Shown: positions 12,656-22,035, counted from the first letter of the stretch. The stretch is DNA of 64,000 nucleotides from Planctomycetota bacterium (GCA_044225365.1 JBGAIQ010000014.1:80122-144121); one strand, 5' to 3'. Numbers and translations are program-made. Notes: generated from the letters alone by a model not told the origin.

Positions 12656-14698
12656 CACGCCGCCCGAGACACTCGGTCGCGGTGCCGCGGGAGTCGCGGC
12701 GCCGTCGGCCGAGGGCTGAGTGATCGGCTCGAGGACACTCGTGAGCGAACGGCTCGCGACTTCGCGCTTCAACGCGTTGATCACGCTGTCGACGCCCATC
12801 GTGCCGATGTTGACGCCGTCGCGTCGGCGAACGTTGACCTGCCCGTTCTCGGCTTCCTTGTCGCCGACGACGAGCACGTAGTTGACCTTCTTCATCGAGG
12901 CATCGCGCACCTTGGAGCCGAGCTTGCCGCCGCCCATGTCGACGCTCGCGCGGATGCCCGCCGCCTTCAGTTTGGAGAGCGCGATCTGACAGGCAGCCTC
13001 GTGACGATCGGTCGCAACGGGGACGATGCGCACCTGTTCGGGCGCGAGCCAGAGCGGGAACGCGCCGCCGAAGTGCTCGATGAGGATCGCGAACATGCGC
13101 TCCATCGAACCCAGGATCGCGCGATGCACCACCACCGGACGAGTCCGGCCGCCTTGCGCGTCGGCGAAGTAGAGATCGAATTTCTCGGGGAGGGAGAAGT
13201 CGACCTGGATCGTCGCGAGCTGCCATTCGCGCTTCAGCGAATCGAGGACCTTGAAGTCGATCTTCGGGCCGTAGAACGCGCCATCACCGGGGGCGACCTC
13301 GTAGGCCGCGCCGAGTCGTTTCAACGACGTTGCGATCGCGGCTTCGGCGTTGTCCCACATCGCTTCGCTGCCGGTTCGCGATTCCGGACGCGTCGCGAAG
13401 AACAGCTTCACGTCCTCGAATCCGAAGACTCCATATACCTCGCGCACGAATGCCACGAGCGCTTCGATCTCGTCCTGGAGTTGTTCCGGGGCGCAGTAGA
13501 TGTGCGCGTCGTCCTGCGTGAACGATCGCACGCGCGTGAGGCCACTCATCACGCCGGCCTTCTCGAAGCGATGGCAGAGCCCAAACTCCGCGAGACGCAG
13601 CGGTAGATCGCGATACGAGCGGATGTCCTGCTTGAACACGAAGGCCGAGCCGGGGCAATTCATCGGCTTCATGCCGATCCGTGGCTCGTCGAGCACTTCC
13701 TTCGGGTCGCCGTCATGGTGCACGAAGAACATGTTCTCGCGGTAATGCGTCATGTGGCCCGTCGTGCGCCAGACGCTCGTGTCGAGGACGACCGGGGTCT
13801 TCACCTCGACGTAGCCCTTCGCCTTCAGCTTCTCGCGCATCATCTCTTCGATGGCGTTGCGGCACACCATGCCGTTCGGCAGCCAGATCGGATGCCCGGG
13901 GGCTTCGGGGATGATGTGGAACAGAGCGAGGTCCTTGCCGAGCAGGCGATGATCGCGCTTCTTCGCTTCTTCGCGATTCTTCAGAAACTCATCGAGTTCC
14001 TCCTTCTTGAAGAACGCGGTCGCGTAGATGCGCTGCAACGACTCGCGCTTCTCGTTTCCCCGCCAGTACGCGGCGGCGACCGAGAGCACCTTGAACGCCT
14101 TGCCGACCTTGCCAGTCGAGGGAAGGTGCGGACCGCGACAGAGGTCGGTGAATTCGCCCTGCGAGTAGAAGGAAATCGGTGCGTCGTCGGGCAATTCGTT
14201 GACGAGTTCCTTCTTCAGCTTCGCTCGACCCGCGCCATCGAGTCGCGCGCAGGCGTCGGCCTTGCTGTCGGCGATGAAGCGCGAGAGTTGCAGGTCCTCG
14301 TCGACGATCTTCTTCATCTCCGCTTCGACTTCATCGAGGAACTCGGGAGTGAAGGCTTTGTCGACCTCGAAGTCGTAGTAGAAGCCGTCGTCGATCACGG
14401 GGCCGATCGCGAACTCCACCTTGTCGCGGCCGAGCTTGCGCGCAACTGCCTGAGCGAGGACGTGCGCCGCGGTGTGGCGGAGGACCTCTAGGCCTTCCTT
14501 GGTGCCCGGATTCACGATCGCGAGCGCGCCGCCGGAATAGAGCGGAGTGTGAAGGTCGAAGATGCGGCCATCGACCGTGACCGCGAGCGTCTTCTTCGCG
14601 TCGGGGATCTTGGACAACAGCTCTTTGATCGTTCGGCCCGCCGCCAGGGTGAGCTTCGATCCGTCGGCCAGGGTGAAGGTCAGCTCGCTTCCGCTCAT
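11555..14698 (-). CDS. thrS: Threonine--tRNA ligase fused in frame to L-threonine 3-dehydrogenase
   Basis: aa 1-~652: TGS, editing domain (RHTAAH, DLCRGPH), catalytic core (KPMNCP, GLTRVRSFTQDDAH, HRAILGSMER), anticodon domain; ~30-aa Pro/Ala/Ser/Thr linker; aa 682-1047 Zn-dependent dehydrogenase. GGAGA SD upstream of the ATG. Confidence 0.95.
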   Translation of the reverse strand: MSGSELTFTLADGSKLTLAAGRTIKELLSKIPDAKKTLAVTVDGRIFDLHTPLYSGGALAIVNPGTKEGLEVLRHTAAHVLAQAVARKLGRDKVEFAIGPVIDDGFYYDFEVDKAFTPEFLDEVEAEMKKIVDEDLQLSRFIADSKADACARLDGAGRAKLKKELVNELPDDAPISFYSQGEFTDLCRGPHLPSTGKVGKAFKVLSVAAAYWRGNEKRESLQRIYATAFFKKEELDEFLKNREEAKKRDHRLLGKDLALFHIIPEAPGHPIWLPNGMVCRNAIEEMMREKLKAKGYVEVKTPVVLDTSVWRTTGHMTHYRENMFFVHHDGDPKEVLDEPRIGMKPMNCPGSAFVFKQDIRSYRDLPLRLAEFGLCHRFEKAGVMSGLTRVRSFTQDDAHIYCAPEQLQDEIEALVAFVREVYGVFGFEDVKLFFATRPESRTGSEAMWDNAEAAIATSLKRLGAAYEVAPGDGAFYGPKIDFKVLDSLKREWQLATIQVDFSLPEKFDLYFADAQGGRTRPVVVHRAILGSMERMFAILIEHFGGAFPLWLAPEQVRIVPVATDRHEAACQIALSKLKAAGIRASVDMGGGKLGSKVRDASMKKVNYVLVVGDKEAENGQVNVRRRDGVNIGTMGVDSVINALKREVASRSLTSVLEPITQPSADGAATPAAPRPSVSGGVMRAVRLMGVGEAKLLRDVPIPEPGPGQVRIKVLAAGICGTDKHLCAGDATVIEKAKPPRTLGHEFCGEIDAFGPGAEGFGFAIDDYVTAEMHVVCGRCVPCQTGNGHACERTVICGLHQDGSFADYVVVPATNVIKLDRAAVPLKVGAFLDALGNAMHCAQATSVSGRDIAVIGYGPIGAMAAAVVEFMGAAQVFVTEVHPFNVAHAKKWAAGINAKHPRGLERVVVLDTGSLEKRKLAMTEIKRRTDGKGVDAALEISGHPDAINDALEMTRWGGDLVELGIGKEKALTLHDWNGEVVFKGKNIKGIIGRRMYDTWFQMLGLLRAGLDVSHLVTHEASLDEFPDAMARFRRNETMKVVLYPTDRR

Positions 14699-14908
14699 CG
14701 ATCAGGTCTCCGGTGTCTCGCGCCCGCCCGAACTCTCGGGCCTGGCCGAATCGGAACAGGATATCGGGTCGCTGCCGCAGGACATAGGGCATGGGTGCCC
14801 GTCGCTCCGACATCGTGAATTGCGGGCGATTCCGAGGATTCCGCGGGACACCCGGGATGACACCTGGATCTGTACTGCGCACCTCGTTCCTCGAACCGGA
14901 TCCTCGTC

Positions 14909-16213
14909 ATGCGCCCTTCGATCCTCACCGCCCTGTTCTCTGCGTTCTTCCTCACCACGAATGGGTTTGCGACCATCGAAGCGATCGATGTGAAGCCCGG
15001 GAAGCCGTTCGTCGACCCGCCCGGGAAGCCGCAGCCGAACGCCGGCTGCGGCAGCATCTCGGCATCCAAGAATGGTCGCTACGTCGCGTTCTTGTCGGGT
15101 GCGACGAACCTCGTGAAGGGACTGCATCCGAACAAGACGCAGGCCTACCGCACCGATCGAGTGACGAACACGACGATCTGCATCTCGCTCGCGAAGAACC
15201 ACGCACCGGCGAATGACGACGTGCTCGATGTCTCTCTCTCGGGCAACGGGCGCTACGCTGTGATCGTGACGCGTGCGTCGAACCTCGGGACGCCGTTCAA
15301 CGGATTCGTCCAGGCGATCTTCGAGGACCTGAAGACCGGAAAGCGCCTCACCGCATCGCTCGCGGCATTCCAGCCGTATTTGAATCTCGACTGTGATCGG
15401 GCGTTCATCAGCGGCGATGGCTCGACGGTGGTCTTCGAGACGGCGGCCTCGAACGTCCTTGCGGTCGGCAACAACGGGAAGAAACAACTCTACGCCTGGG
15501 ATCGCTTCTCGAACGATGTCGATGCGTTGTCCTTCAGCCCCCAGGGTCAACCCGGCAACGCGGACACCCATGGATCGAGCGGTGTCGGAATCTCGAAGGA
15601 CGGCAAGTTCGTGACCTTTGCCTCCGACGCGACGAACCTAGTGTCCGCGAACCCCGGCAACCCGTCGTACCTCGACGTCTTCGTGCGCGACCGCGCGGTC
15701 GGAACGACGGAGCTCATTTCGAGGAACTTCTCCGGAGGCGCCGCCAACAAGGCGAGCACCCATCCGTCGATCTCCGAAGACGGTCGGTACGTCGGCTACG
15801 TCTCGACGGCGAGCAACATCACCACGGACGACAACGATGGCAATGACTACGACTGCTTCTTCTACGATCGCCAGTTGAATCTGAGCTCGCGCATCGATGG
15901 GTACAACGATGGCGATGCCTTGATGACTTTGCTCTCGACGACCATTTCGGCAGATGGACGGTATCTCTTCGCGCTCGGAACGAAGATGCATCCGACCGAT
16001 TCGAATCTCCATATCCAGAATGCGCGCCGCTACGACCGGCTGACGGGCGAGACGGTGGTGTACCAAGTCGCGGCTCCGCTGTTCGTTCAGCAGTACGACT
16101 GGTTCTATGAGATCGCGATCTCGGGCAACGCCAAGAAGCTCTTCTTCGTATCGGCGAGTCCGATCCTGCCGAAGGCCTCGGACACCTATCAGATCTACGC
16201 AACGAAGCTGTGA
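14909..16213 (+). CDS. Secreted TolB/PD40-like beta-propeller protein
   Basis: Signal peptide; repeated S-x-DG-R/K-Y/F-V-x-F-x-S-x-ATNLV blades and DVFVRDR motif. Confidence 0.85.
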   Translation: MRPSILTALFSAFFLTTNGFATIEAIDVKPGKPFVDPPGKPQPNAGCGSISASKNGRYVAFLSGATNLVKGLHPNKTQAYRTDRVTNTTICISLAKNHAPANDDVLDVSLSGNGRYAVIVTRASNLGTPFNGFVQAIFEDLKTGKRLTASLAAFQPYLNLDCDRAFISGDGSTVVFETAASNVLAVGNNGKKQLYAWDRFSNDVDALSFSPQGQPGNADTHGSSGVGISKDGKFVTFASDATNLVSANPGNPSYLDVFVRDRAVGTTELISRNFSGGAANKASTHPSISEDGRYVGYVSTASNITTDDNDGNDYDCFFYDRQLNLSSRIDGYNDGDALMTLLSTTISADGRYLFALGTKMHPTDSNLHIQNARRYDRLTGETVVYQVAAPLFVQQYDWFYEIAISGNAKKLFFVSASPILPKASDTYQIYATKL

Positions 16214-16280
16214 GCGGTCGCCGCTTCGACATCGATCGGTAGAGTGCTTTCGCCTTCGATTCGATGGACCGGACCCGCGA

Positions 16281-16958
16281 ATGCCACTACCTCTCGACAC
16301 GATCCTGTCCCGACTGGCTGACCGCTACGGCAAGATCCCGGAGCCGCCGCCGAAGACCGCATTCGAGTCGATCCTCCACGAATGCGCTTGCTACTTGGTG
16401 GACGACGAGCGACGGGATGCGGTCTTCGAAGAGCTGAAACGGCGCGTCGGCTGCTCGCCTCGCGAGCTGCTGCGGGCCGATCGAGGTGAACTCCTCGCGA
16501 TCCTGGAGCCCGGCGGCATGCGCCCGCCGATGCGACTGGAGAAGGTGATCGACGCAGCAACGATCTGCATCGAAACGCATGGGGGCGATCTCGATTCGGT
16601 ACTCGGATTGCCCGTGAAGGCCGCCGTCAAGGAACTGCGCCGCTATCCCGGCATTGGCATCCCGAGCGCACAGCGAATCCTGCTGTTCCACGCCAAGGTA
16701 CCCTCGCTCGCTCTCGAGTCGAACGGCCTACGAGTTCTGTTGCGATTGGGACACGGCCGCGAGGATCCGCGTTACGACGTGGCCTACAAGTCGGTTCAGA
16801 CCTCTCTGGCGGCCGAGGTCGGCACCGACTGCAAGCGCCTGACCCGCGCCCATCTATTGTTGCGCCATCACGGGAAGGTTACCTGCAAGCGCAGCGAACC
16901 GTGCTGCGACGAGTGCCCGCTCGCGAAGGATTGCCCATCGCGAGCAACTTCGCGTTGA
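16281..16958 (+). CDS. HhH-GPD endonuclease III-like protein with 4Fe-4S motif
   Basis: HhH LRRYPGIGIPSA; C-x6-C-x2-C-x5-C (CKRSEPCCDECPLAKDC); ATG at 16281. Confidence 0.82.
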   Translation: MPLPLDTILSRLADRYGKIPEPPPKTAFESILHECACYLVDDERRDAVFEELKRRVGCSPRELLRADRGELLAILEPGGMRPPMRLEKVIDAATICIETHGGDLDSVLGLPVKAAVKELRRYPGIGIPSAQRILLFHAKVPSLALESNGLRVLLRLGHGREDPRYDVAYKSVQTSLAAEVGTDCKRLTRAHLLLRHHGKVTCKRSEPCCDECPLAKDCPSRATSR

Positions 16959-17304
16959 CGGCGGCGGCTGCGATCCGTATCCGCCAAAGTTGGCGGCGGC
17001 GGACGCGGTCCGTAACCGCCGCCAAAATTCCCAGGGTCGGCGGCGGCGGCTGCGATCCGTATCCGCCGGTTGCGGCGGCGGCGGCTGCGATCCGTATCCG
17101 CCGGTTGCGGCGGCGGCGGCTGCGATCCGTATCCGCCGCCAAAATTCCCAGGGTCGGCGGCGGCGGCTGCGATCCGTATCCGCCGCCAAAATTCCCAGGG
17201 TCGGCGGCGGCGGCTGCGATCCGTATCCGCCGGTTGCGGCGGCGGCGGCGGCTGCGATCCGTATCCGCCGGTTGCGGCGGCGGCGGACGCGGTCCGTGAC
17301 CGCC
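16959..17304 (+). repeat. Intergenic array of 9 imperfect-hairpin repeat units
   Basis: Core (GGC)nGGCTGCGATCCGTATCCGCC, variant GGACGCGGTCCGTRACCGCC; linkers GGTTGC (x4), AAAATTCCCAGGGTC (x3), AAAGTT (x1). Confidence 0.92.
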
Positions 17305-17359
17305 GGGAGGAGATCGGAGGATTGCGATTCAGTCGGCGCGGTTGGATTCCGATGAAAGG

Positions 17360-17377
17360 GCACCTTGCCCAAGGTGC
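17360..17377. promoter_or_regulatory. Palindromic operator candidate upstream of DUF1800
   Basis: GCACCTTG-CC-CAAGGTGC, perfect 8-bp arms, 20 nt before the start codon. Confidence 0.4.
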
Positions 17378-17396
17378 TCACGCGTCGGAGTTGGCG

Positions 17397-18782
17397 ATGG
17401 CGATCGACTGGAATGCGGAGAACGCCGCACACCTGCTACGGCGAGCAGGTTTCGCGGCGCCGGAGAAGAGCGTTACGAAGGCCGTGAAGAAGGGGCTCGG
17501 AAAGACGATCCAGGGTCTCTTCAAGGTCGACAAATCGAGCGACCAATGGAAGGGGACGAAGCAGGAGCCCTTCCCGGGCGGGACGGGTGAGATCCAGGGC
17601 TTCTGGATGCGTCGCATGTTGCGCACGAGCAGCCCCCTCGTCGAGAAGCTGACGCTGTTCTGGCACAACCACTTCGCGACGTCGGTGGCCAAGGTCGAGA
17701 TGCCGTGGCTGATGTTCAAGCAGAACCGCACGCTGCGCAAGTATGGACTCGGTGAGTTCGGGACGCTCCTTCTCCAGATGAGCAAGGACCCCGCGATGAT
17801 CCTCTGGCTCGACAACGACACGAACACTGCGGCCGACCCCAACGAGAACTACGCCCGCGAGTTGATGGAGCTCTTCTCCACCGGCGTGTACGACAAGGAC
17901 GGCAATCCGAACTACACGGAGACCGACATCCAGGAGAGCGCGCGAGCCTTCACGGGCTGGAGCGTCGACGGTGACTGGCCGGACTACGTCTTCAACTTCG
18001 AGGATTGGAACCACGACTTCGACAGCAAGACGTTTCGCGGACAGACCGGCAACTTCGACGGCGGCGACATCGTTGCGATGCTCGCGGCGGATCCCGCGAC
18101 GGCGCGGCGCATCCCGCAGAAACTCTGGTCGTTCTTCGCGTACGACATCGCGCTCTCGGATCCGCTCCTCGATTCGTTCCAACAGCTCTACACCTCGACG
18201 AACGGCAACATCGCGGCGATCCTCGACGCCATCTTCCAGCACGACGAGTTCTACTCCGACACCGCGAAGAACGCGCACATCAAGGGGCCGGTCGAGTTCT
18301 TCATCGGAACCCTCACGCTCCTCGACGCCGATCTCCCCGAGAAGAACGACGAATGGGACCAGGTGGGATCGATCACCGAGCCGCTCGGCCAGGAGATCTT
18401 CGCGCCGCCTTCCGTTTTCGGTTGGAAGGAAGGCCTCAACTGGGTCGAGACGCGTGGCCTCATGGAACGGTTGCGACTCGGAAGCCAGATCGCGACCTCG
18501 CGCGGCAAGGACGACCTCATCACCTACAAGCTCGACAAGTTCCTCGGCAAGAAGAAGGAATGGGTGAAGCTCGACGCGGCAGGCTGCGTCGACCGGGTGT
18601 TGTCCCTCCTTGGTCCTCTCGTCGTCGCATCGGCGACGCGTGACGCGCTCATCGCCTATCTCCTCGCCGATGAGAACGGCAATCCTGGAACCTTCGACCT
18701 GCACGATCCCGTGATCTTCGACCGCAAGGTTCGAGGTCTGCTGACGATCGTCCTCGCCCTGCCCGAATTCCAGCGGCACTGA
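17397..18782 (+). CDS. DUF1800 domain protein
   Basis: GGAG SD then ATG 17397; AAHLLRRAGF, LTLFWHNHFATS, PNENYARELMELFSTG, ARAFTGW, PPSVFGW. Confidence 0.93.
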   Translation: MAIDWNAENAAHLLRRAGFAAPEKSVTKAVKKGLGKTIQGLFKVDKSSDQWKGTKQEPFPGGTGEIQGFWMRRMLRTSSPLVEKLTLFWHNHFATSVAKVEMPWLMFKQNRTLRKYGLGEFGTLLLQMSKDPAMILWLDNDTNTAADPNENYARELMELFSTGVYDKDGNPNYTETDIQESARAFTGWSVDGDWPDYVFNFEDWNHDFDSKTFRGQTGNFDGGDIVAMLAADPATARRIPQKLWSFFAYDIALSDPLLDSFQQLYTSTNGNIAAILDAIFQHDEFYSDTAKNAHIKGPVEFFIGTLTLLDADLPEKNDEWDQVGSITEPLGQEIFAPPSVFGWKEGLNWVETRGLMERLRLGSQIATSRGKDDLITYKLDKFLGKKKEWVKLDAAGCVDRVLSLLGPLVVASATRDALIAYLLADENGNPGTFDLHDPVIFDRKVRGLLTIVLALPEFQRH

Positions 18783-18813
18783 TCGAACCGACGAGCACGG
18801 AGCAACGACAACC

Positions 18814-20055
18814 ATGGTCCATTCACGACGCGATTTCCTGAAGCGCGGCATGTTCGTCATTCCCGTCGCCGCAACGATGCCGGGCGTCTTCGTCCGCGCG
18901 GCGTTCGGAGGCACCGGATCGTCGACGAAGAATCTCATCCTCCTCGAACTCGAGGGCGGCAACGACGGACTCAACCTCGTCGTGCCGTATGGCGTGAACG
19001 GCGGCGCCTACTACAGCGAGTTCCGCCCCACGATCGGCATCCCCGCGAACTCCGTCCTCCAGCTCAACGGCTCGATCGGACTCAATCCTTCGTGCCTGAA
19101 ACTGAAGCAACGCTACGACGCCGGCCAGGTCGCGATCGTCAACGGCGTCGGCTACCCGCAGCAGAACTTCTCGCACGAGATCGCGCAGCAGATCTGGGCG
19201 AAGGGCGATCCCTCGCTGCTCTCACCGACCGGCTGGCTGGCGCGACTCCTCAATCAGTTCCCGGCCGCCTCCTTCCCGAATTCGATGACCGCGGAGGATG
19301 GAACGGAACGGGCGTATCAGGGAATCAACGAGTTCTCACCGGCCTTCGGCTGGCTCGGCGCATTCGACTTCCCCTACGACTACGATCACTGGGAGGATCA
19401 AGGGAACGTGCGCGCGGCGTACGAGGCCATCGTCACCGCGCAGACGCAGGCAGCGGGCTCGATCGGCACGATGAGCTCGACTTCGAAGAGCCTGCTGCAG
19501 CTCATCGACACGATCAACGCGATGCCGAATCTGAATTACGCCGGAACCTACACCGACGACTACTTCGGCGATCGCCTCAAGATGATCGCGCGGTTGATGA
19601 ATGCAAACCTCGGCCTGCATGTCTTCCACGTCACGCAATGGGGCTTCGACACCCACAGCGAGCAGGAGACGGACGCTTATCACTCGACGCTGCTCGGCGA
19701 CGTGTTCAACTCGGTCGACGCGCTGATGGTCGACCTCGCGGCGATGGGCAAGCTCCAGGACACGGTGATCGTCGTCTATTCGGAGTTCGGCCGCACGGTG
19801 TACGAGAACGGCAGCGGCGGTACCGACCATGGCACGATCAACCCCGTGATCGTCGTCGGCGGCGGCGTGAACGGCGGCGTGAAGAACGCGCACGCACCGA
19901 TGGACCCGAATCAACTCGACGAGAACGGCGAACTGCCGCGACAAGCGGACTTCCGCGACATCTTCGGCGAGATCGGCAGCAAACTGTTCGGAGTGACGAA
20001 GGCGTCGCTGTTCCCGGGCTACACCCCGGCGCAGACGTACGGCGTCCTGCCCTGA
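18814..20055 (+). CDS. DUF1501 domain protein (DUF1800-associated type), Tat signal
   Basis: SRRDFLK; LEGGNDGLN, GFDTH, SEFGRT-ENGSGGTDHG, DFRDI. Confidence 0.93.
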   Translation: MVHSRRDFLKRGMFVIPVAATMPGVFVRAAFGGTGSSTKNLILLELEGGNDGLNLVVPYGVNGGAYYSEFRPTIGIPANSVLQLNGSIGLNPSCLKLKQRYDAGQVAIVNGVGYPQQNFSHEIAQQIWAKGDPSLLSPTGWLARLLNQFPAASFPNSMTAEDGTERAYQGINEFSPAFGWLGAFDFPYDYDHWEDQGNVRAAYEAIVTAQTQAAGSIGTMSSTSKSLLQLIDTINAMPNLNYAGTYTDDYFGDRLKMIARLMNANLGLHVFHVTQWGFDTHSEQETDAYHSTLLGDVFNSVDALMVDLAAMGKLQDTVIVVYSEFGRTVYENGSGGTDHGTINPVIVVGGGVNGGVKNAHAPMDPNQLDENGELPRQADFRDIFGEIGSKLFGVTKASLFPGYTPAQTYGVLP

Positions 20056-20078
20056 CGGGGCGCGGCGAAAGGCGACCT

Positions 20079-20759
20079 TCAGGAAACCGTGTCGCCGTCG
20101 ATGGAATCGTCGGAGTCGTCCCGGCTCTCGCGCTCCAAGTTCGCCTTCGCTCTCGCGGTGACCTCGGCGACGAAGAGTTCGACGCGCTCGAGCGGGATCT
20201 TGGTCTCGATCGAGATCTCGTCGAGCGATCGCCGATCGATCCACATCATCCAGCCGATGCGACGCGCTTCGAACGGCATGTCGTTGACGATCGCGCAGAT
20301 CTCCTGAAGCGCCTTCTCGCGCATGGTGCTGCCCTCGTGCGCCTTGAAGTAGAGGACATCGGCGTTCACCCGCGAGTAGTGGATCGAGCGCCCGACGGCA
20401 TCCATCATCCACGTGATGAGCGGGCGGAGACGCCGTCCCGACACGAGGTCGTTGTAGAGCCGCGCCATCGCGTCCTCGGCGAGCGTCTCGGGATGCAGCA
20501 TGTGACACTCGGACACGATGGCGTCGAGGACGAGACGATCCATCGTCGGCATCAAGAGGCTCCACATCGCACGCAGGAGCTTCGTGCCGTCGACGCCAGG
20601 GGCGTAATCGAAGAGGACTTCGGCGAGCGCTTCCGGATCGGACGCGGTCTTGCCATCGACGACGATCGGAGGCGTCAACGAACGAAGCAGCTGGATCGCG
20701 GCTGCGGTCCCGCCGGGTTCGACGTGCTTTCGCTGAGTGCCGCGCTTCTCCTGCGGCAT
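20079..20759 (-). CDS. Divergent ECF sigma-factor-like protein
   Basis: Region 2-like (AEDAMARLY...LITWM) and region 4.2-like (MPFEARRIGWMMWIDRRSLDEISIETKIP) segments; start uncertain (20759 or 20837). Confidence 0.55.
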   Translation of the reverse strand: MPQEKRGTQRKHVEPGGTAAAIQLLRSLTPPIVVDGKTASDPEALAEVLFDYAPGVDGTKLLRAMWSLLMPTMDRLVLDAIVSECHMLHPETLAEDAMARLYNDLVSGRRLRPLITWMMDAVGRSIHYSRVNADVLYFKAHEGSTMREKALQEICAIVNDMPFEARRIGWMMWIDRRSLDEISIETKIPLERVELFVAEVTARAKANLERESRDDSDDSIDGDTVS

Positions 20760-20913
20760 TCGTACGCTCCGTTTTCCTTGGAACTCACAACAACGCCCGC
20801 GCGGGGCGATCGACCCACTGCCTAGTTCGTGGACCAATCCTACCCGATATTTCGTCGAATCGTGTGGGGCGTCTGGAGTCGACCAACGACTCGATGCGTT
20901 TCTTCGGTCGACT

Positions 20914-22035
20914 TCAGCGCGCGAGGAATCGCGAGAGGCGCAGGATGCCCTCTCGGATCTGTTCCGGGCTCGCTCCGAAACTGAGACGAGCGTAGGGTCG
21001 CCCCCGCTCGCCGAATCCGTGACCCGGGATGATCACGACCTTGCCCTCGTCGCGCAGACGCAGGCAGAACGCCATCGGATCGGCGTGCGCGGAGTCCGGC
21101 AGTCGCATCCAGTGGTAGAACCCGCCATCGGGCGGATCGATGTTGCGATCCATCAATTCGCGCATCGCGGCCTTCAGCGCGTCGAAGCGGACTCGGATCT
21201 CCCGCCGCGAGTTCTCGAGGATCGAATCCGCATGTTCGAGCATCGCGATCGCGGCGCGCTGCGCGGGCCAGGCGGCGGCGGTCACATTGAACGAATGCAC
21301 GATGCGCGCGGGTGCCACGAATCGCGGGTCGCCGCAGATCCACCCGACGCGCAGACCGGGCGCCGCAAATCCCTTCGACAGCGACGAGATCACGACGCCG
21401 TACTCCGACGCATCGCGCAGACTCGGCACCATCGTCCCGAAGTGGAGTTCGCGATACACCTCGTCCGAAACGAGGAGCACGTCGCGTTGGCGACAGGCCT
21501 CCGCGACCTTCTTCAGCTCGTCGAGCGTCGTCCCCGCGCCCGTCGGATTCGAGGGGTGATTGATGATGACCGCGCTCGTCCGTGGATTCGCGTCGAGCGC
21601 TTCGATCAAGAGATCGGCGCTCAGCCGGAAACGATCGTCCTCTCGCAAGCGGTAGGACGCGGGCGTCGCCTCAGCGAGCCGCGCGAGAGTGCGATACGCC
21701 ACGAAACCCGGATCGGGAACGAGCACGGTGTCGCCGGGATTGACCCAGGCCTGGATCAACGAATAGAGGGCTTCTTGCGATCCGTTCGTGACGACCGTGC
21801 CCTCGAACGGCACGCGATGGCGAGTCGCGATCAGCTTGCGCAGCTCGTCCACTCCAGCGTTCGGTCCATAGGGGCAGCGTGCCTCGGAGAGTGCGAGTGC
21901 GTTGCGCGCGAACTCGGGAAAAGGCCAGGTCGGTTCGCCGAGGCCGAACGGAATCGCATCCTTCGGAGCGCCGTCGCTCACGATGCGGATGTGGGACTGG
22001 CCGATGTCACGGACGCGAGTTGCGGGAAGGCGCAT
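20914..22035 (-). CDS. PLP-dependent class I/II aminotransferase, probable N-succinyl-DAP aminotransferase (DapC role)
   Basis: GLGEP, PSNPTG, SDEVY, SLSKGFAAPGLRVGW; last gene of the dap operon. Confidence 0.85.
   Translation of the reverse strand: MRLPATRVRDIGQSHIRIVSDGAPKDAIPFGLGEPTWPFPEFARNALALSEARCPYGPNAGVDELRKLIATRHRVPFEGTVVTNGSQEALYSLIQAWVNPGDTVLVPDPGFVAYRTLARLAEATPASYRLREDDRFRLSADLLIEALDANPRTSAVIINHPSNPTGAGTTLDELKKVAEACRQRDVLLVSDEVYRELHFGTMVPSLRDASEYGVVISSLSKGFAAPGLRVGWICGDPRFVAPARIVHSFNVTAAAWPAQRAAIAMLEHADSILENSRREIRVRFDALKAAMRELMDRNIDPPDGGFYHWMRLPDSAHADPMAFCLRLRDEGKVVIIPGHGFGERGRPYARLSFGASPEQIREGILRLSRFLAR

Noticed and set aside
14699-14908. T-box or tRNA-mimic operator upstream of thrS
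   Set aside because: No T-box consensus or anticodon-like loop recognised; only a short CCCGA/TCGGG hairpin.
16959-17304. CRISPR array
   Set aside because: Linkers are 6-15 nt and reused rather than unique, and no cas genes are present.
16854-17432. ORFs translating the repeat array (poly-Ala/Arg/Gly, GGGGCDPYPP) and the 109-aa N-terminal extension of DUF1800
   Set aside because: Open frames arise from stop-free GC repeats; DUF1800 homology and an SD begin at 17397.
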